Positions 57,031 to 64,000 of a stretch of DNA of 64,000 bases are shown in pieces. The stretch comes from Vicugna vicugna. Its lineage: Eukaryota. The stretch's first letter is position 1, and each line of letters begins with the position of its first letter. A program made the translations under genes and the position numbers. The stretch is from the NCBI GenBank assembly GCA_013265495.1, contig MU057781.1, positions 1,302,001-1,366,000 on the forward strand. Reading direction: 5' to 3'. Under the pieces are notes generated by a model. It ran no database searches and was not told the DNA's origin. It worked only from the letters and a program-made list of their open reading frames with translations.

Positions 57031-57855
57031 GTGACACCCCCCCGGTCCTCGTCCAGCCCACCCACCCCCAGTGTGTCCAGGCAGGACCCAGGGGCCGGAC
57101 TCGGCCTCCACCACCTGGGTGGGCCTTGTGGACAGCCTAGGGCTGGGCAGCAGTGTCCACACTGTGAGCTGGGGTGGCCATTGGGTTCCTGCTCTGGTCT
57201 CAGGACCAAGGGTGTCAGAGGGCAGCTTAAAATGTGGACCTCAGAGCACTGACCTTGCCAACGAGGAGCAGGACCTAGCCCACACTCTCTCAGTGAGGGC
57301 CACATCGTCCTCAGGAAGATGAAAATTGGCTGGGGCAGGGTGCAGGGAGCTCTTAGACGTTACGCAACTCAGCCCTACCAGGCACCATGACTGATCTCTG
57401 GCCCCACGGTGGTTTTAGATGCCCAGTGCCGGGGATGGGGGGATGGGAGAGGAGGGCGTGGTGAGGAGAGTTGCTGCCACAGGCCAGGGGGTGATCAGTG
57501 GGCCTGCACCCAGCCTCCTCCGGGACCCCCCGGGGCAGTGCTGGGCGGGTGGGCAACCTCCCTCTGGCCCCTCCCACTCCAGCAGCCCCTGTCCATCTTC
57601 AGCTCCATGGCCCCTGCAGCTGGGAGCCAGGGCTAAGTGTGGGAGGGGCGGCTCCGAGGGCCCTGCTGGTGCCCTGTCACCGGGCAGCTTGCTCAGAGCC
57701 TCTGGGAAGGGGAGCCCTGGTGCTGTGTCCCTCAAGGGTCCCAGTGTCCTGACATCCCTGGTGATCCGGGGTGGGGTGGGGGCTGAGAGGAGGGGTTGCC
57801 CCAGGAGGCTGGCCCCCAGCGGGCCTAGCGCCCTGACCCTCAGCTTCTCCTGCAG

Positions 57856-57927
57856 CCTACCTGTGTCCGGACTCCGTGCTGGTGGCCGAAGATGGGACTG
57901 TGCTCTTCCGGCCGCCCCCTGCCAATG
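57856..57927 (+). CDS. KNDC1: KNDC1 exon 8 (72 nt)
   Basis: ttctcctgcag|CCTACC...GCCAATG|gtgcgt; (A)YLCPDSVLVAEDGTVLFRPPPAN. Confidence 0.93.
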
Positions 57928-58021
57928 GTGCGTAAGTGGGCGCACCCCGGGGCCGGGCTCCAGCACCAACGGCCGAGGCTGACGGGAGAGCTCAGCTGGG
58001 GCTTGGGGTTTTGTCTCTTAG

Positions 58022-58083
58022 GTGCTTACAACTCGTTCTTTCTGGCTCCTGAGGTTGCAGAGCAAAAATTGGTGACTGAAAAG
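58022..58083 (+). CDS. KNDC1: KNDC1 exon 9 (62 nt)
   Basis: gtctcttag|GTGCTT...GAAAAG|gtacct; (G)AYNSFFLAPEVAEQKLVTEK. Confidence 0.95.
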
Positions 58084-58899
58084 GTACCTGGGCCCCCATC
58101 CCTTTCCTCGGCCTTCTGCCCCCTGCACGGTGATGCCCATCCACTTGGTCCAGAGAGCCTGGGCGGGTGGGGGTGTGGGGTGAGGAGGGGCCCGGCGTCA
58201 GGACTCAGCGAGAGTCAGGCCGGGCCCCCCAGCGCAGCACCCATGTCAGAGCCCAGATCTGCATGGCCCGGGCAGCGTCTGCCTGGGAGGTGCCTCCCAG
58301 GGGGGCGGGGATGTGGCTCCAGAGGTGTCATCCCAAGAGGACAGGACTCTGCGGGGACAGCTCCGGGCTGTGTGCGCTGGCTCCCGAGAGCCCACAGCTA
58401 AGCTTTCGGGGGAGCTTGCAGGGCGCTTCTCAGACACAGCCATTATTAACAAGTGAATTGTACAAACTTGCAATCAAGTAAATTGTGTTCAAAATCAAGG
58501 TACATGGAGATGTAACTTCCCTGCTCCCCCCCACAAAGCGCACCTAGAAACCCTGCCGTTCCGAAAGCCAGCGTGAGAGGATAGGGGTGGGGCAGAGGCC
58601 CCAGGAGCAGACGGTCCTGAGGACCCCGCGTTTCCTCCTGCCTCACCCCCGGAGGACGAGGGCACCGCGGCTGGGAAACACCAGCGGGCACAGCAAAGCC
58701 CAGCTGAGGCCCACACTCTGGAGCCAGAGCAGCAGGACCAAGGGAGGCCACCTGGCCCAGTGCTGTCAGGGAAGGCTGGGCAGCCCAGCAGCCCGGAATG
58801 AGGCCCCCATCCTCAGTGAGAAGTGCCCCTCCCAGCGGGGGTGCTGTCAGAGGAGCCTCAGAAGAGCTGGGACTTCCACCATCTCCCAGCATTAATGAA

Positions 58900-60505
58900 G
58901 CCACCCCCTAAAAAAAAATCACTTAAAAAATGAAGTACTTAGATGTAAGTGTAGCATGCAGGTCCAGGACTCGTATGCTGAAAACTAAAGAAGAGGTGAA
59001 GCCTCAGTGCAGCCATCTCAGCTCCTGCCTCGAGACCCAGGACGTAGGAGAGCAGAGGAGACCCAGGCAGAAAGGAGGAAACGCAAAGATGAGAGCAGAA
59101 GTCAATGAAACGGAAACAGGAAGACAATGAGGAAACCAGCGATGGGGCAATCTGGTTCTTGGAAGAGACCAATAAAATTAGCCAGCTCCAGCAGAACTGA
59201 CAACGCAAGGGGAGAAGGACACAAGTCGCCACGGCAGGAGCGGCATGGGGACAGCCCCGCAGACCCTGCAGGCGGCAGAAGAGTGAAGGAGGGCCTCCCA
59301 GAAGCACCTCCACCACGTGAATTCAGCCACTGAGATAACACGGACCAGAGCTTCAGAAAACATGATCTGCCACAACTCACCCAGTGTGGAGCAGACTTTG
59401 ACTAGCCCTGTAACTGTTGAGGAGGTTGAATTTGTCATTTTCAAACTTCCAAAAATAAATTTCCAGGCCCAGATGGTTTCACTGGAGTGCGCTGAGTAAT
59501 GTTCAAAAAAGAATTAACACCAGTTCTACACAATCTTTTCCAGAAGACAAAAGTCCATTTTACGAAGCTAGTATTAAAGCCAGACAAAGATAGTACAAAA
59601 AGTATGTCTATAGGCCAATGTTCTTCATGAATATAAAGGCAAAAACCTTAACAAAATACATGCAGATGGAATTCAGCGATATATAAAAATGACACAGCGT
59701 AGCAGTGGGGTTGTTCCAGGGTGTGGGGCTAGCTCAGTATTTGGAAACCAATCAGTGTGCTCCAACCTATTAACCAGCTAAAGAAGAACATCCCACGGTC
59801 ACATTAATTGATGCAGGAAAAGCCTCTGTCAAAATTTAACATCCCTTTATTTAAAAAAAGAAATTCAGGAAAACAGGAATAGAAGACTCCTCTTCAACTT
59901 AATAAAGAACATCTACCGAAAAAACCCCAAACCTACAGCTGAGCATCGCACTCGGTGGAGAGACCAGCTGCTTCCCCCAGGGCTGGGGGGCAGGTGAGGA
60001 CGCCCCCCCACCCCCCACCCCCCAGAGCACTGGCGCTGCCGCTCACCTGCCACAGCAGCGCGAGGGGAGCAGGGGAAAGCGTAAAGGCCAGGACGGAGGA
60101 AGCGGCGCTGCTTGCTGATGGCAGAACTGCCCACGTGGCAAATTCCGAGGAGTCTACAGAAACAAACCCCGAGAACTTACAAGTTGGTTCTGAAAGGTCA
60201 CAGGACATAAGATAAACGTTCAAGAATCAGTTGTATTTCTCATACTAACAATGGACATGCGGACACCAGAATTAAAAGTACAGTGCATTCGCAGTCACCC
60301 AGAAACGTCAAACACTTGGTTGTAAACCTAACAAAATGTGTATGAGACTTGTGTGCCGAAAACTACAAAATGCTGACGAACAAACATCAAAGAAGATCTT
60401 CGGGCTGGAAGGCTGGGCAGAGGCCTTAGACTTGACACCAAAAGCACTATCCACAAATTTTGCCACAAAAGGAAAAAATGGGTAAATTGAACTTCATCAA
60501 AATCT
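58900..60505 (+). mobile_element. Sense L1 ORF2 fragment (copy 1)
   Basis: LTSPVTVEEVEFVIFKLPK...FQAQMVSL-like peptide; agcagtggggttgttccaggg...gaaaactacaaaatgctga are reverse-transcriptase-region segments. Confidence 0.75.
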
Positions 60506-60509
60506 AAAA

Positions 60510-62830
60510 CTGACCAAGTGGGACTTATTCCACGTACGGAAAGCAATTCAACAACTGAAAGTCAGGGGGAGGGTGTAGCTCAGTGGGAGAGCACATGCCT
60601 GCCGTGCACAAGGTCCTGGGTTCACTCCCCAGTGCCGCCTCTAAAAATAAGTAAACAAACCTTGGCCCCTCCCCTGACAAGAAGGGAAAGGAAGAGAAAA
60701 TCAGTGTAATACGTCAGATGGACTAAGGAAGAAAAGCCGTGTTTCTATCAGTAGCTGCTAAGCTTTCGACAGAATTCAATACCCGTTCGTGGTTTAAAAA
60801 AAAGAACTCTCAGCAAGCGAGGAATAGAAAGGAACTTCCTCAGCTTGATAAAGAGCGTCTGCGAAAGAGCCGACAGGAGACGTGATCAATGGTGAGAAGC
60901 CGGGTGCTTTCCCCCGAGGATGGGACCGGGCAAGGGTGTCGCCTCCCGTCACCCCTTTCAGCGTCGTGCTGGAGGTCCTAGCTAGTGCAGTAGGACAAGA
61001 AAAGGAAATAAGAAGTGTGTAGATGGAGAAGGAAGAGAGAAAACTTTCACTCACAGGTGACACGACCGTCCATGTAGAAATCCCCAAAGGCCAAGTCACA
61101 GCAAGACTGCAGGATGGAAGACTGATGTACGAATGCCAGTTGCTTTCCTGTTCGCCAGTCATGAGCAATGGGAATTTGGAAGTTAAAATACACCACCATT
61201 TACATTAGCGTCCCCCCAAAAACACTTACGAATAATTGTAACAAAATATGTAGAAGATGCATCTGAGGAAAACTACAAAACTCTGATGAAAGAAACCAAA
61301 AAAGATCTAAATAAATGGAGAGAGAGTCCATGTTCGTGGGCTGAAGACTCAACGTTACTAAGATGGCGGTTCTTCCCAGTCTGACCTACGGATTCAATGC
61401 AGTGCCCACCAAAGTCCTAGTAAGTTGTTTCGCAGATACTGACGATCGTAAAGTGCGTGAGGAGAGGCAGAGACCCAGAACAGTCCACGCAACGTGGAAG
61501 GACACGACCCACTTCTGAAGCCCACTGTGAGCAGCAGTAACCAGGTGTGATACTGGCAAAAAAAAAAAGACAAAGGAATAAATGGAACAGCGTGGCCCAG
61601 AAATAAACCCACACAGATATCGTCGGCTGGTCTGTGACCAAGGAGCAAAAGCAATCAGTGGAGAGAGGACAGCCTTCTCCACAGGCGGCGCTGGGACGGC
61701 CGGACGTCCACAGGCACCGAAACACAAGGAACTTGACACAGCCTTGCTCTTCTCACAAAAAGTAGCTCGGAATGGGTCATCGCCTTGAAGGTAAAACACA
61801 GCGCTGCAACACCGCTGGAAGATCACACAGGAGAAGACCTCAGGAACCCGAGACGCGTGACCCGGAGAGGAGCTGCTGGTGTTAGACTTCATGAAAAGTA
61901 CACGTTCTGCTCCGTGAAAGGCAGTTAAGAGAATGGGAAGGCAAGCCACAGATGGGAGAAGTATTTGCAAAACGTGCCTGATGAAGGCCGTGCATCCCAG
62001 GTTCGCCAAGAATGGATAGACGTCAACCTCAAGAAAACGAACAAGCCAACTGAAAAGCAGCCAGGGTGGGGTAGGGGAAGAGGTCTGACCAGACACCCCA
62101 CCAAAGAGGATGTGTGACGGCAGGTAAGCAGGTGAAAGGTGTCCCACTTCGAGTGGCATTTGGGGAATGAACTTGAAACTGGCTACCCTGCTCACTTACT
62201 GCAAAGACTAAAACCCGGACACTGGCAGCGCCGGGGGTCAGCGCACGCGGGGCCCGGGAGCGCTTATCCTCTGCTGCAGGAACGCAGGGCCCTACAACCT
62301 CTAGGAAGACGGGTCTGTGGCTTCTTACAAAACTGCACGTGCAGCCACCATACGGCCCAAAACTCGCTCTCCCAGGCATCGATCCTGGACAAGTGAACGT
62401 GTGTTCACACAGAATCCTGGACATGAATGTTCATATTTGTAAGAGCCACGACCCGGAAACCACTGAGGTGTCCTTCCGTGGGTGAACTGCACGTCCACAT
62501 TGCCGAACAGCACACGCAGCGAGTGGACTGTCGATGCGGCAACAATCGGATAGTACGGCCAACAGAAAAAGTTGGCCCGTGGGAATGACGACGCCACAGA
62601 CATGAAGAACAGAGGAGCGGCCGCCGGGGCCTGAGGTGGGACAACAGCGCTCACCTGGGGATGGAGATGTGCCGCGACTCCGCGTGTCCAGGCCAGGGCC
62701 CTGCAGCTTTGCAGGGTGTCACTGTGGCAGGAAGCTGGGTGAAGGGTACGTGGGGTCTCTCTGGATCATTGCTCACGACTGTATGTGAACCTACAATGAT
62801 CTCAAAGTTAAACGCTTAACTTCTAAAGGT
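60510..62830 (+). mobile_element. Sense L1 (copy 2): ORF2 reverse-transcriptase region through an L1MC-like 3' UTR
   Basis: Restarts at gaccaagtgggacttattcc (DQVGFIP-like) and continues through agatctaaataaatggagag and gaaataaacccacacagatat to gtatgtgaacctacaatgatctcaaagttaa. Confidence 0.8.
60565..60695 (+). mobile_element. tRNA-derived SINE (camelid Vic-1-like) inserted into the L1
   Basis: gggggagggtgtagctcagtgggagagc (A box)...gtcctgggttcactccccagtgcc (B box)...aaaataagtaaacaaacc; short TSD gaaagtca (60557-60564) / gaaaatca (60696-60703). Confidence 0.85.
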
Positions 62831-62879
62831 TGATAAGTACTCAAAACTAATGCTTTCCTAGCCGTTCGATGTGCTCCTG

Positions 62880-63060
62880 GGTGGGGGGCTGGAGGGGTGC
62901 TGGGTCACGGCACCACCTTGGCAGTTTGACTCCTGCTGTGTGGGGATCTTCACGGAATGGAAATCAGCAAATGCTAAAATCAGGGCTTGATTCGCTGGTT
63001 TGTCAGCTGTCTAGACATAATGACGTGATGGAGGAAGCATGAACGATGCGGTCACACTGA
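62880..63060. mobile_element. MER63-like (hAT-Blackjack) fragment
   Basis: atggaaatcagcaaatgctaaaatcagggcttgattcgctggtttgtcagctgtctagac resembles the recalled MER63 sequence. Confidence 0.45.
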
Positions 63061-63610
63061 GTCAGGTCAGGTCTTTACCGCGCTCCTCCCCGGAGCCCGC
63101 CGCCCTGCGGACGCGGCATGCGCGGAAGGCAGCTGTGCGTAGTCTCGCTGTCCCTCCCTTGTCCAGACAGCAGGGCTGCCAGCCGCGGCACAGACACAGA
63201 GGGTGACACCGGGAGAGCGCTCAGGGAGGGCGCGGCTCCGGGGAGCTCAGACAGGTGCCGCATGGGCCGTCGTTACTGGGTCCAGGCATGTGGGACACAT
63301 CCTTCATTTCAGCAGATTTTAGAACAAACTTCTGTGTGTATCAAGAGGCTTAGGTTTTTGTTCAGAGAGCCCAAAGTGAACCACCGTTTCGGAGACTCCT
63401 GGCTGCAGGTTCTGGGGTGCCGCCTTCGCCCTGGTGGAAACAGTGGGAACGGGAGGGTCCGGCCGAGGCCCCAGGGCGCCCTCTTCACACCAAGTGTCTA
63501 AGCCTCCTTGGTGCTTGTCAGCCAGGCCTATCCCCAGGCCAGGCCCCTGGGCTAGGAGGTGCCCGGCGGGGTCCTGTCTGCTGAGCACGGCTGCCCCCCC
63601 CAACCCCCAG

Positions 63611-63769
63611 GCCTCCGTGTACTGTGTGGCCGCGGTGCTGTGGATGGCAGCCAAGTTCAGCGTCCCCCAAGACCACAAGCTGGCGCTGCCCCGCAGGCTC
63701 AAGACCCTCCTCCTGCACATGGCCAGACGCAGCGCCCAGGAGCGGCCGGCGGCGGCCGAGGCCGTCAAG
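63611..63769 (+). CDS. KNDC1: KNDC1 exon 10 (159 nt), KIND2; the gene continues beyond the window
   Basis: ccccag|GCCTCC...GTCAAG|gtaaag; ASVYCVAAVLWMAAKFSVPQDHKLALPRRLKTLLLHMARRSAQERPAAAEAVK. Confidence 0.97.
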
Positions 63770-64000
63770 GTAAAGGCGCTGCACTGGGGCCCCAGCTTGA
63801 GGTCCCGGGCCTGGGCGGTGGCCCACGGAGCAGGGGAGCCAGGACACAGGGTCTTGTTTCTGGGGAAGGGCAGTGCCATTGGGCAGGGAACTGTGGGTTT
63901 CATTTCACGCTCAGCACCATGGTTCCCCATAGACCAGCCTGCGTCTCCAGTGCAGCCACCAGCCGGAGAGTGGGTGGGTGGAGTCCTGAGCCCTAGCACT

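Noticed and set aside
60565-60640. tRNA gene (A and B boxes present)
   Set aside because: No complete cloverleaf; it has a SINE tail and TSD and sits inside an L1, so it is a tRNA-derived SINE. The same applies to 50044-50190.

Overview
GC-rich mammalian genomic DNA; two tRNA-derived Vic-1-like SINEs point to a camelid. Two neuron-expressed genes lie in tandem on the + strand. ADGRA1 (GPR123) has a complete CDS in 6 coding exons: 1275-1277, 6365-6492, 7542-7665, 12246-12391, 21760-21858 and 22537-23740. This totals 1704 nt (567 aa), ends in the PDZ motif ETTV, and has a likely poly(A) signal at 25445. KNDC1 (v-KIND) is partial: a CpG-island promoter plus coding exons 1-10 (1746 nt, 582 codons, KIND1, linker and most of KIND2), continuing past the window end. 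All these introns are GT-AG and the reading phases add up. Introns carry MLT1 LTRs, many L1 fragments, a near-full-length Tigger1, hAT fragments, an ERV-like LTR and two SINEs, and there are three short N gaps. Nearly all other ORFs in the track are GC-rich noise or shadows of exons and repeats. I found no clearly new gene system. The best second-look items are an intronic 18-bp minisatellite carrying 19 phased CAGGTG E-boxes, a strong A/T-to-G/C shift that affects transposon relics and apparently ADGRA1 residues, RFX X-box motifs at both genes, and several splicing and polyadenylation decoys in KNDC1. Comparisons with human proteins and repeat consensus sequences are from memory and need confirming by alignment.
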